From IMG/VR virus record IMGVR_UViG_3300020045_008977, positions 1-36,421 of that record: 36,421 bases of DNA; one strand, written 5' to 3'. The notes beneath the pieces were generated by a model, which saw only the letters and a program-made list of their open reading frames with translations, had not been told where the DNA came from and made no database searches. Positions 25,915 to 34,401 of the stretch are shown one piece after another. The first letter of the stretch is position 1. Every line of letters begins with the position of its first letter. A program made the translations under genes and the position numbers. This DNA is from a virus (lineage: Duplodnaviria; Caudoviricetes).

Positions 25915-26410
25915 TATAAAAATAAGATATGCTGATTATTCAGAATTTAAATCTATTTATGAATTTTTAGATAATAATTTTACAAAAGAAGGATATGGGT
26001 TTTTACATAAATCTCAAATTGAAACAGAGATTAAAAAATCAAGAGTTATTATCGTATTAAATAAAAATGAAATAATTGGAGTCAGAATTGGAATTGGTAA
26101 ATTATGGAATTTATCAGTAAAAAAAGAATATCGAGGAAAAAATATCGGAAAAATGTTAATTGAATTTAATAAACCTGATATAATTAGAGTTAAAAGCGAT
26201 CCGGTCGGACATTTATCTAAAATTCAAAAAGAAAACTTTGTTAATCCTGAAAAGTTTTATGAAAAATTAGGATATAAAATGTACGGATCTGATTATGGTA
26301 AAAATTTTTATCAAAACACTAACGGCAAAGCAAAGCATCATAAGCAAGGCAATAAAAAACATATAAAAATATATGTAAAAAAAGAAGAGAAATTTTTATT
26401 TGAGGAATAA
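25907..26410 (+). CDS. GNAT-family acetyltransferase
   Basis: LSVKKEYRGKNIGKMLI (motif A) and FYEKLGY (motif B). Confidence 0.82.
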   Translation: MDNIKIRYADYSEFKSIYEFLDNNFTKEGYGFLHKSQIETEIKKSRVIIVLNKNEIIGVRIGIGKLWNLSVKKEYRGKNIGKMLIEFNKPDIIRVKSDPVGHLSKIQKENFVNPEKFYEKLGYKMYGSDYGKNFYQNTNGKAKHHKQGNKKHIKIYVKKEEKFLFEE

Positions 26411-26558
26411 TGAGTAAAAATAATATGTTATTAAATAAAGCGAGGTTAATTTATGAGTATATTTGAAGTCTTAGCAGCGATTGAAGAAATAGCACTTGAA
26501 GGCGTGTTAAGTCAGAATGAAATTAAGCGATTAACCAGGATTAAAAAGAGAAGGGAAC

Positions 26559-26714
26559 ATGACAAAACAGAAAACTGAACAGGAAATAATTAAAGACCAT
26601 TATAAAAAAATCGGGCGCAAAGGCGGTTCTGCTAAGAGTGATAAAAAAACTTTAGCATGTAGAGCAAATTCAAAAATGCCAAGAAAAAAGAAAGAGGTAA
26701 ATAAAAATGAATAG
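26559..26714 (+). CDS. 51-aa basic KGG-motif protein
   Basis: YKKIGRKGGSAKSDKKTLACRAN. Confidence 0.6.
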   Translation: MTKQKTEQEIIKDHYKKIGRKGGSAKSDKKTLACRANSKMPRKKKEVNKNE

Positions 26715-26833
26715 TATAATAGGAGTAATTATCTGCATCGGGTTTATGCTCTTTGCTTATGCTGCTGGATATAAAGATGGCAGAGAGTCCGAAAAGAAAG
26801 AATCATATAAACAATGCCGTGAGGAGTCTGAAA

Positions 26834-27052
26834 ATGATCTGTAAAAAGTGCGGGCATGTAATGAATAAAATCAACGACCGAGAAGACGGCGTTATAATCC
26901 GGATCCGGCATAAGTGCGGTAATATGGATTGCCGACATACTGAAGTAATCGAGCGCACTATTTACCATGAGATTAAGGCTGAACTTTCAGAAGCTTTGAG
27001 AATTAAGCCGGGGATTAAAAATGATGTTGAGTTTTTGATGGAAAGGTTGTGA
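26834..27052 (+). CDS. Zinc-ribbon protein
   Basis: GAGGAG RBS; MICKKCG...KCGNMDC; stop codon lies in repeat site 1. Confidence 0.65.
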   Translation: MICKKCGHVMNKINDREDGVIIRIRHKCGNMDCRHTEVIERTIYHEIKAELSEALRIKPGIKNDVEFLMERL

Positions 27053-27086
27053 CATAATCGGGCTTATGTCATTAAAGGAGGAATAG

Positions 27087-27392
27087 ATGGAAATAATAGA
27101 GTCAAGTAGAAGAAAAGCTAATAAAGAACATCAGTGTGATTTTTGCAAAGGCTATATTAAAGTCGGTGAAGAGTATGATTTCCAAAAGAATATATCTGAT
27201 GGAACAATATATCCATGGAAGACTCATGTGAAATGTTCAGAGGTTGCAAATGAATTAAACATGTATGACAATTGTGACGAAGGATTAACTCAAGATGATT
27301 TTGAGGAATTTATAAGTGAAGCTATTTATGAGTTAAGTTTAGAACAAAAAGTAAACATGGTTCATGCTTTAAAATGTGAAGTGACAAAATAA
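27087..27392 (+). CDS. Cassette gene 1: zinc-binding hypothetical protein
   Basis: RKANKEHQCDFC..YIKVGEEY...H..C; AAGGAGG RBS. Confidence 0.8.
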   Translation: MEIIESSRRKANKEHQCDFCKGYIKVGEEYDFQKNISDGTIYPWKTHVKCSEVANELNMYDNCDEGLTQDDFEEFISEAIYELSLEQKVNMVHALKCEVTK

Positions 27393-27421
27393 AGGGTTAT
27401 GCTATTAAAGGAGAATTAAAT

Positions 27422-27634
27422 ATGCACTTAGGTGAAGCAATTACAAGAATGGAACAAAATCCCGGACTTAAAATGACTATGCCGAGACATTATAGAAGTT
27501 GGCAATATAATTATTATGATGCTGAAAAGAAAATGTTTTGTATTGAAGATGGAACTGAATGGGATATAGATAAAAGTATTGCTTGGAATGAAATGGACGG
27601 ATATGAAGATTATAATGAGAACAAAGGACAGTAA
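27422..27634 (+). CDS. Cassette gene 2: hypothetical protein
   Basis: AAGGAG RBS; 70 aa. Confidence 0.75.
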   Translation: MHLGEAITRMEQNPGLKMTMPRHYRSWQYNYYDAEKKMFCIEDGTEWDIDKSIAWNEMDGYEDYNENKGQ

Positions 27635-27664
27635 CAAAATAAACCTTATGCCATGGAGGATGAT

Positions 27665-27919
27665 ATGAGCTTTATATATAAGTTAACTAAACAAATCGAA
27701 TCTGAGCCATCACCCGATTTATGTAAATGTGCATGGTGTGGAAAATATTTTAAAGTTAAAGACCTGTCCACTGAAGAGGAGGGAGATTGGGAAACCGGAT
27801 ATTATAATGTTCATATTTGTCCGGTATGTCCTGAAGGTGGTTGTATAGATGTTTATGACTATTCTAAAAAACAATTTAAGAAACTTATTCAGTGGGAAAA
27901 AAGAATACTGACAAAATAA
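27665..27919 (+). CDS. Cassette gene 3: CxxC/CxxC protein
   Basis: GGAGG RBS before ATG 27665; CAWC, CPVC. Confidence 0.75.
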   Translation: MSFIYKLTKQIESEPSPDLCKCAWCGKYFKVKDLSTEEEGDWETGYYNVHICPVCPEGGCIDVYDYSKKQFKKLIQWEKRILTK

Positions 27920-27943
27920 CAATTATGCTATATGGAGGATGAG

Positions 27944-28165
27944 ATGAAAATAATGATAATAAAATGTAAGGAAATAGATGATCAGCACCGGCACTCATTA
28001 GGGTTGCAAGCATCTGATAGAACATTATGTGGAATAGCATTTGAGGGAATGGGGGGAGGATTTAGTTCGCAGGCAATAATAAAAAACGGAACTATAAATT
28101 GTCCTGATTGTATAGACATTATAGACTTTTGTAAAAATATATCAGAAAAAAATATAAAAAGGTAA
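27944..28165 (+). CDS. Cassette gene 4: H...TLCG...CPDC protein
   Basis: GGAGG RBS before ATG 27944. Confidence 0.75.
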   Translation: MKIMIIKCKEIDDQHRHSLGLQASDRTLCGIAFEGMGGGFSSQAIIKNGTINCPDCIDIIDFCKNISEKNIKR

Positions 28166-28201
28166 TACTGACAAAATAAATAATTATGCAAGGATGATTA
28201 T

Positions 28202-28531
28202 ATGAATAAATTTAAAAAGATTTATCTTACACAGAGTGAATACATAGAAAAAATATTTTGTCAAAATGAAAATTGTTCTGAATGCTTCGGAACAGATCAT
28301 AACGGAGAACCAAACGGATATGGATGTGAATCCGCTGAAAGATTTGTTGATGAAACTGAAATTTATGAAGAAATAAATATGGGAGATGAAAGACAATTTG
28401 TCGCAAAAGACGAATCAGATAAAATAATTTTAGAACTCGAACAGCAAAAAGCGGAGTTGATAGAGGAATTGGAAAGACTCATTGAGTTAGAAAAGCTTGA
28501 TTGTAATCTTATATTGGATGATTATAAATAA
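28202..28531 (+). CDS. Cassette gene 5: acidic Cys-containing protein
   Basis: AAGGA RBS; CQNENCSEC...YGCE. Confidence 0.75.
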   Translation: MNKFKKIYLTQSEYIEKIFCQNENCSECFGTDHNGEPNGYGCESAERFVDETEIYEEINMGDERQFVAKDESDKIILELEQQKAELIEELERLIELEKLDCNLILDDYK

Positions 28532-28557
28532 AGACATAATGATTACTATGTCACTAT

Positions 28558-28586
28558 AAAAAAGACTCCCCGGTTAAGGGGAGCTT
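28558..28586 (-). terminator. Terminator at convergence of plus and minus arms
   Basis: CTCCCC-GGTTAA-GGGGAG stem with adjacent A-tract (U-tract on minus strand). Confidence 0.65.
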
Positions 28587-28619
28587 AAAGGAGAGTGATT
28601 TATGAAAAGTTGATATTCA

Positions 28620-29015
28620 TCAATGTAATAATTTGTAAAGCTTATAACCGCCATATCCTCCGGCAGCTGCAGCGATACCACCAACAACATAAAACCGAAA
28701 ATTACCGGCCTGATAAACCGGAACTTTAATTTCCTGTTCTCCGTTTCTTTCGTACAGATCCCATTTTAAACTAAGCTCAGTGTATTCCGGTTTAAGTTCT
28801 TTGACTGTAAATGTCTGGTTAAATTTAGTCAAGTCGTAATTCTTCGCAATTTCACAGCAATCAGATTTAGAATAATCCCTGTAAACTATATGGTCAACAT
28901 TTTTAACAACTTCGATCTCTTTGACTATAGTTTGTGGCTTATGGTAAAAATAACCAGATACAAAAGAAATTGAGCATAATATAATTATAAATAAAACGCT
29001 GTATAAATATTTCAT
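28620..29015 (-). CDS. Membrane-anchored protein, spanin-like position
   Basis: N-terminal TM helix and C-terminal Gly/Ala hydrophobic segment; last late gene. Confidence 0.55.
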   Translation of the reverse strand: MKYLYSVLFIIILCSISFVSGYFYHKPQTIVKEIEVVKNVDHIVYRDYSKSDCCEIAKNYDLTKFNQTFTVKELKPEYTELSLKWDLYERNGEQEIKVPVYQAGNFRFYVVGGIAAAAGGYGGYKLYKLLH

Positions 29016-29176
29016 TTTGATTCTGATGAAAATGTTTGACTTATTGTTATATTTATCGCATCGGATTTAAACCCGTATGCAACCAAAGCGCAAAATAAAG
29101 CAAAAATTAAAAATGCTCTCCAAAATCTTTGGCTTTTATTCGTACCAAGTGATTCGTAAGCTTTTTTTATATTCAT
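29012..29176 (-). CDS. 54-aa single-TM protein, holin candidate (not in ORF track)
   Basis: AGGAGG RBS; FWRAFLIFALFCALVAYGF; ATGA overlap. Confidence 0.55.
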   Translation of the reverse strand: MNIKKAYESLGTNKSQRFWRAFLIFALFCALVAYGFKSDAINITISQTFSSESK

Positions 29177-29234
29177 TATTCCTCCTGAATGTTGGATTAT
29201 TTATTCTTTCAAATTCGTTTGCCATTGTTTTCTC

Positions 29235-30134
29235 CTAATTCCCGAGGTAAGTACATGTGAAAAACGATCTTGCTACAGTAGACGGCCCAGAACCGTCGGT
29301 GTGAGGTCTTACTACGCTTCCCGATGTTAAATATATCATTATTGTCGTTGGTGGCTCTGCCGCCGATGATGAACTTGAGTAAGACGTTGCTATTTTTGTA
29401 TTTATGTTTATAGTAGCAAACGCAGTTGTTAGTTCAGATGAATTTAATGAAATACCTCTTAAAACTCCACTAATGTCTCCCGAATTAAAAGTAAAACTGT
29501 ATTTTCCGCTTCTATTTATAGTTATTTCAAGTCCATCGGCATTCCCATTATACCCACTAACATGATTTTCAGAAAACATATTTCCGAAATTTTCAACTAC
29601 GTTTGTAAAACGCATAATTTTATTGTCAGTAGAACCATATCCGGCATAAGTGTTAAGCCTCAATTGACTTGTAATTCTTTCGTTTACAACTTCCCAACAC
29701 CCGGAATTTACAGATTCCTGAACAACTAAAAAATCTCCAACTTTAGCAAGTATAATTGAAGCAAGTAAATCATTACTTAATTTATTAGCATCCGTTGCAT
29801 GTGGTGAAATCGTAACAACATCAGCTGAAGCATCCGCTTTGACAAATGCTATTTCTATTCTACGTCTTGCATTATTTGCCATTAGCGGAAGTGTATAAGA
29901 AACCGCACCCGCTGTTGTATCAAACTCTATTCTTCCATATCCATCATTATCCAATCCAACATATGAAGCTTGTTTATATCCCGTTGAAGTCGGAGTTGCT
30001 AAAATCCAAGCCCTGATGGTATTTAATAAAGTCCTCTTGACCGTGAACGGGCTTCCAGCTTCCTGTATATATATATTTTCAGTTCCTACAATGCTTGTAA
30101 GTTCGTCTTTTAACCTTAATTCTGTATCTGGCAT
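29235..30134 (-). CDS. Tail fibre / receptor-binding protein
   Basis: DTTAGAVSYTLP spacer motif; C-terminal jelly-roll-like ITINRSGKYSFTF...IYL.SG.VVRPH. Confidence 0.7.
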   Translation of the reverse strand: MPDTELRLKDELTSIVGTENIYIQEAGSPFTVKRTLLNTIRAWILATPTSTGYKQASYVGLDNDGYGRIEFDTTAGAVSYTLPLMANNARRRIEIAFVKADASADVVTISPHATDANKLSNDLLASIILAKVGDFLVVQESVNSGCWEVVNERITSQLRLNTYAGYGSTDNKIMRFTNVVENFGNMFSENHVSGYNGNADGLEITINRSGKYSFTFNSGDISGVLRGISLNSSELTTAFATININTKIATSYSSSSSAAEPPTTIMIYLTSGSVVRPHTDGSGPSTVARSFFTCTYLGN

Positions 30135-30135
30135 A

Positions 30136-31968
30136 TTAACCCCTCATCAGGATATAGTTTCCTGATTCATCTATTATTTTGTTTCCTGATTCGTCAATAA
30201 GTATTGAGTAAACAGTGTCTATCGGCATTGTATAATCCCGGATATATCTCATGGTTAAATCTATAGAATAATTATCTAAATTCTTATTTAATCCCATAAC
30301 TTCATAAACGCCATATTCAGGTACTATAGCAACACCGTTTTTATCCATAGTCCTTGACATTGGAGCTGCAACAATAAAATCCATTATTTCAATGTCAGTA
30401 GTATAAGGGATTGACCGAGTGACAACATCCCCTACCAGCTTGCTGATTGACATTATGCTCTCAGACTTGGCTTGAGCGTCCGCAAGGCTTGTTAAATTGG
30501 TTTCAAATGTTGTTGTTTTATAAGTCTTGTAAGTGTCAAAAACCTCAGCCTTATAATTAACGTTTTCATACTGCTCATAAGAATCAGATTCAAGATTATG
30601 ATTATATTTTATAATAACTGAAGATAGAAATTCAGATCCATTATTGTCTATCTGCGGATCGTCTAACCATTCATCCTGTTTAATTATCTTAGTAACTGTT
30701 CTATTTGCATCATAAAGCCGGACTGTATAAACTCCGGTATCTTTAAAGAAAAACAAACCATCAATATCAACGCATATCTGACCCAAAACGTCCTGGAGCT
30801 TCTTGTCATCGTCTACGCTGACGGAAGTGTCTCTGGCTATGTCTTGCGCTATTGCGGTCTCTGTGGTGTCCCAGAACGTCGCTGTATAGTTCTTATCATC
30901 ATATCTATACATCAAATCCTTAATAATATCAACGCCATTTTGAAGACTTGCCCCGGATGCATTAAACGTTGATACAACTAAATCAAAATTATCCCCTACA
31001 TCGGCAGTATTTAGTTTAAAAGTTCCCGCGGTTAAATCAATATCAGTAGCGGTTTTCTGTACTCCGTCAACCCATACATTCGTTGCAGTAAGTGAACCGG
31101 CCGCATTAAATTCAGTATCGCATAATAGAAAAGTATGCTTACCTCCGGAGGCTGTTTCGTTCAGGCATATACAAGGGCTTTTAATCTGAGCCCCGTATTT
31201 GATCGGTTTAGGCTTGTCTACATTCTCGTCATTTAAAGACGGGTAAAGAGTCTTATTTAAAAGATTAGTTGCTATTGATTGAGTTAAGCCCTTCCGCGGA
31301 TCCTGTAATTTAACTGAAAAGTCAGTCCATGAACGATTATCGTTTTCAATAAGCCCTTGAAAGACTAAATCATAATTAGCGTATGCGGAATCCTTTTCAC
31401 CTATCAGAATCCGGCTTGCCTGTGCAAATAGGTTTCTATCTCTCCAATCGTCAAAGAATCCATCCTCATTATGACATTGTACTGATCCGGTAGTGTATTT
31501 AAGCAATCCGTAAAATAGAGGGTCTTTTGATTTCTTAATGTTGAATATTTTTGAGACTCTTGGCTCATAATAAATGTTGTTTAAATAATGCTTATTGTCA
31601 CCTATCAATCCGCTACAAAAACCGACTACCGCACCGATTGAAATATCAGCAACACCCCAGACTGACTTATCATCAACAAAGTGAATATATAGAAATGTTG
31701 CACTGTAATTATAATAAAATGAAGATTTTGTCGTTTCACATTCTGAAATTGAGCTAACTTTTGAATATTGCACTTGATCCACAACAACAGATTTTATATT
31801 ATATACTGCCTGATTTACGTCTGAGTAATAACCGACAATGGAATAATCATCTGTGATTGTTATTATATTTGGAGTGACTTTATAAGTCCAAACTCCGGGA
31901 GATTGACTAACCATTAAACTTAAATCAAGCGGCTTGTCATATTCCCATAATTTTAAATATTCTGTCAT
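30136..31968 (-). CDS. Tail tip / hub protein
   Basis: 610 aa; KPIKYG motif; C-term ILIDESG repeat x2; position in tail module. Confidence 0.7.
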   Translation of the reverse strand: MTEYLKLWEYDKPLDLSLMVSQSPGVWTYKVTPNIITITDDYSIVGYYSDVNQAVYNIKSVVVDQVQYSKVSSISECETTKSSFYYNYSATFLYIHFVDDKSVWGVADISIGAVVGFCSGLIGDNKHYLNNIYYEPRVSKIFNIKKSKDPLFYGLLKYTTGSVQCHNEDGFFDDWRDRNLFAQASRILIGEKDSAYANYDLVFQGLIENDNRSWTDFSVKLQDPRKGLTQSIATNLLNKTLYPSLNDENVDKPKPIKYGAQIKSPCICLNETASGGKHTFLLCDTEFNAAGSLTATNVWVDGVQKTATDIDLTAGTFKLNTADVGDNFDLVVSTFNASGASLQNGVDIIKDLMYRYDDKNYTATFWDTTETAIAQDIARDTSVSVDDDKKLQDVLGQICVDIDGLFFFKDTGVYTVRLYDANRTVTKIIKQDEWLDDPQIDNNGSEFLSSVIIKYNHNLESDSYEQYENVNYKAEVFDTYKTYKTTTFETNLTSLADAQAKSESIMSISKLVGDVVTRSIPYTTDIEIMDFIVAAPMSRTMDKNGVAIVPEYGVYEVMGLNKNLDNYSIDLTMRYIRDYTMPIDTVYSILIDESGNKIIDESGNYILMRG

Positions 31969-32226
31969 TTAATAACTCGCTGCCGTTGCTAATAAAAAAA
32001 CATAATCATTTGAAGAAGACGTAGAGCTGCTTGTAAAAACACAGGTTAAAACATTATTTGTAATAGTGTAGGATGTAAGCCGTAGTACATCATAAGCAGT
32101 TCCAGAAGATTTAAAATATATACATGCAATATGATCTATATTATTCGAGTATGTAAATGTAAATGTAACCGTAGTTCCTGAGGCATAACTTCCAGATTTA
32201 GCCTCTGATAATGTTTCATATTTCAT
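31969..32226 (-). CDS. C-terminal half of split tail-protein paralogue
   Basis: Aligns by eye to the last ~85 aa of the 32644-33318 product. Confidence 0.65.
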   Translation of the reverse strand: MKYETLSEAKSGSYASGTTVTFTFTYSNNIDHIACIYFKSSGTAYDVLRLTSYTITNNVLTCVFTSSSTSSSNDYVFLLATAASY

Positions 32227-32647
32227 AATGCCAATACCTTTCTTTATTCATTATCTGTTTTAATATATAATTAGACCCATCATAATAAAGTTTTAAAATA
32301 TATCTATGCGCTGCGCTTCCGCTTGTTCCGTACCATCCGTTTTTTAAAGCGTTAAATGTAGGCGCTGTATTTGTCATTTCTGCAACTGCATAAGAACCGG
32401 AAACATAAGTTTTTACATAGCAAATTCCAGTTGAAGGAGTTCCCGTAATAGTTTCATTTGCATTGAAATAATATAAATCACCGTCAATTTCAACCGTAGA
32501 GCTTAATTGAATAACCGGCTTAACGGTCGTTGTCATTTCCGAAAAATTAACGGCATAAAAACCCTTTTGTAAATATGTTTCATTTGTTATATAATTATCA
32601 AGTGTAGTTTCGCCAAAATAAAAATTGCTTATTAAATTTATTGTCAT
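32216..32647 (-). CDS. N-terminal half of split tail-protein paralogue
   Basis: Shares YF.A.ETI.GTP and NGWYGT.GS..HRY with the 32644-33318 product. Confidence 0.75.
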   Translation of the reverse strand: MTINLISNFYFGETTLDNYITNETYLQKGFYAVNFSEMTTTVKPVIQLSSTVEIDGDLYYFNANETITGTPSTGICYVKTYVSGSYAVAEMTNTAPTFNALKNGWYGTSGSAAHRYILKLYYDGSNYILKQIMNKERYWHYEI

Positions 32648-33318
32648 ATTGCAACCGTTATAAAAATTGAATACTTACCAGCTAAATTGCTAGCAACATT
32701 TGAAATCAATGTAACTGTTACAGTATCGGTTGATATTACAACTGATGAAACTCTTACCCGGAAATCTCCTGATAGTTTTTCAGATATAATACTTAAAGTA
32801 GTAATTGCGACTACATCAGAAGTAAAAGTAAAAACTTCAGTTTTTGTTTCTCCGGCGTTCCATGTTCCCGCCCAATCTGCCTGCTGACTTTCGTAATTAT
32901 ACGGAATATCAAATTGACTATAAAGTTTTTTATTTGAATATGATGCGGTTGCTTTTGTCATTTTTGCAACATATCTATGCCCCGTGCTTCCGCCAGTTCC
33001 GTACCAACCGTTTAAAGATGTACTAAATTCTGGATCTGTTGCAGTCCATTCTGCCGTAACTGTTCCAGATGAATAAATCAGTTTAATATAAGCTACGCCA
33101 TCAACAGGAGTTCCTCCGATAGTTTCATCGGCATCAAAATATATTAAAGTACCATTTAAATCTATAATTGATCCGGCGGCAATTTGCGGAATAGTTGTTG
33201 AATCCATTTCAGTTAATGATAAAGCAAAATGACCGTTTCGCATAGCTTGAGCGGTTTGCATTATCTCCGTTAAATTTACATCTACTGTACTAAAATTATC
33301 TATTCTAATTCCTGACAT
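32644..33318 (-). CDS. Tail/baseplate protein (intact paralogue, 224 aa)
   Basis: GAGG RBS before MSGIRID; beta-rich. Confidence 0.75.
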   Translation of the reverse strand: MSGIRIDNFSTVDVNLTEIMQTAQAMRNGHFALSLTEMDSTTIPQIAAGSIIDLNGTLIYFDADETIGGTPVDGVAYIKLIYSSGTVTAEWTATDPEFSTSLNGWYGTGGSTGHRYVAKMTKATASYSNKKLYSQFDIPYNYESQQADWAGTWNAGETKTEVFTFTSDVVAITTLSIISEKLSGDFRVRVSSVVISTDTVTVTLISNVASNLAGKYSIFITVAI

Positions 33319-33326
33319 TTTTTCCT

Positions 33327-33662
33327 CTAATAACAATACTCAAAATTATCGTCATAAATATCAAACTCTTTAAAAATATCTATTTTTACCCTAGCTGTTT
33401 TTAATGTCATTTCAATATGAATATTTTGTTTTACATCTGAATTTATTTTAATACAGTTTTCATGTAATTTTTCTACTCTATATACCGTAAAATAATAATC
33501 AACTTCATCCGACGTAATGAATAATTTATCATCTTTATGTAAGTCATTCATTGAGACGACAACCGGATATTCACTTTTGACATAATAGTGACCTCTTAAA
33601 TCAGGGTCGGGAAAATCATCATCACAAGATAAAAAAAACAAACAAAAAATTATTAAAAGCAT
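33327..33662 (-). CDS. Putative lipoprotein in tail module
   Basis: MLLIIFCLFFLS-C lipobox-like signal followed by DDDF. Confidence 0.6.
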   Translation of the reverse strand: MLLIIFCLFFLSCDDDFPDPDLRGHYYVKSEYPVVVSMNDLHKDDKLFITSDEVDYYFTVYRVEKLHENCIKINSDVKQNIHIEMTLKTARVKIDIFKEFDIYDDNFEYCY

Positions 33663-34399
33663 TCCTCTATTTCGATCGCACATGAAAACAACCCCCCTTC
33701 CGCTACGGTTTTATTCCAGCTTAACGGTTTAGTCAAACAACAAAAAATAGGTGGTTCAACCGTTAAGCTTTCCTCCCATATAATTAACCAGAAAGGCTTA
33801 ACAATGTCAACAACATTCCAGAATGATTTTAATAAAATACGGTTTGCCGGAGTGATATCAGATAGATTAAACTTTGCTTTTTTATACTGAAGCTGTCTAT
33901 TTCCGTAAACCTGTCCACTGACCGATTTAGAAACTGATGAATTACTGTCATAATCAAGCACCATTGCAGTATCCATGTAAACGGCTATATGAGTCCCTAA
34001 AAAGACTTTGCTGATTTCGATATAATCATCGGGATTGCTTGCGTCTGATACGCTTAAACGCCAATATCTATATGTCTGATTTGCGGTTAAATCTTTATAG
34101 ACATAATCCGCTGAATATGTTAAAGACGTCGTATAACTTGGGGATGTCCAGACGTTTGTTGCATTTGCTTCAAGTGTCAATGTAACCCCTGAAGAAAAAT
34201 TGTGTTTCTCAATCATGACTTTAGAAACTGCAACCGCTGTCAGTAGATCAAATATAATAGTCTGTGATGTATCTGAAACAGTACGACCGACACGGGATAA
34301 ACGGTCATCATTAAACGCCGTTGTAAAGTCGTAATCCGGATTCTCTGTTGATGCTGTTATTGTCGCACCTTCTACATGATTGTCGAATAAAATAAACAT
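33653..34399 (-). CDS. Distal tail-like protein with discoidin-like domain
   Basis: Directly after TMP; YRYWRL motif. Confidence 0.7.
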   Translation of the reverse strand: MFILFDNHVEGATITASTENPDYDFTTAFNDDRLSRVGRTVSDTSQTIIFDLLTAVAVSKVMIEKHNFSSGVTLTLEANATNVWTSPSYTTSLTYSADYVYKDLTANQTYRYWRLSVSDASNPDDYIEISKVFLGTHIAVYMDTAMVLDYDSNSSVSKSVSGQVYGNRQLQYKKAKFNLSDITPANRILLKSFWNVVDIVKPFWLIIWEESLTVEPPIFCCLTKPLSWNKTVAEGGLFSCAIEIEECF

Positions 34400-34401
34400 G
34401 G

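Larger units (their letters stand above)
27047..28556 (+). repeat. Six directly oriented dif-like sites delimiting five single-gene cassettes
   Basis: Sites at 27047, 27379, 27629, 27906, 28166, 28529; consensus (G/A)ACA(T/A)AA-N6/7-(T/C)TATG(T/C). Confidence 0.8.

Noticed and set aside
27047-28556. CRISPR array or classical integron attC interpretation of the repeats
   Set aside because: Intervening segments are 220-335 bp whole genes, repeats are degenerate, no cas or intI gene is present, and there are no long attC hairpins with RYYYAAC/GTTRRRY ends.
29235-33336. Diversity-generating retroelement or invertible tail-fibre system
   Set aside because: No reverse transcriptase or invertase, and no near-identical TR/VR or inverted repeat pair seen; the paralogues are diverged at all base types.
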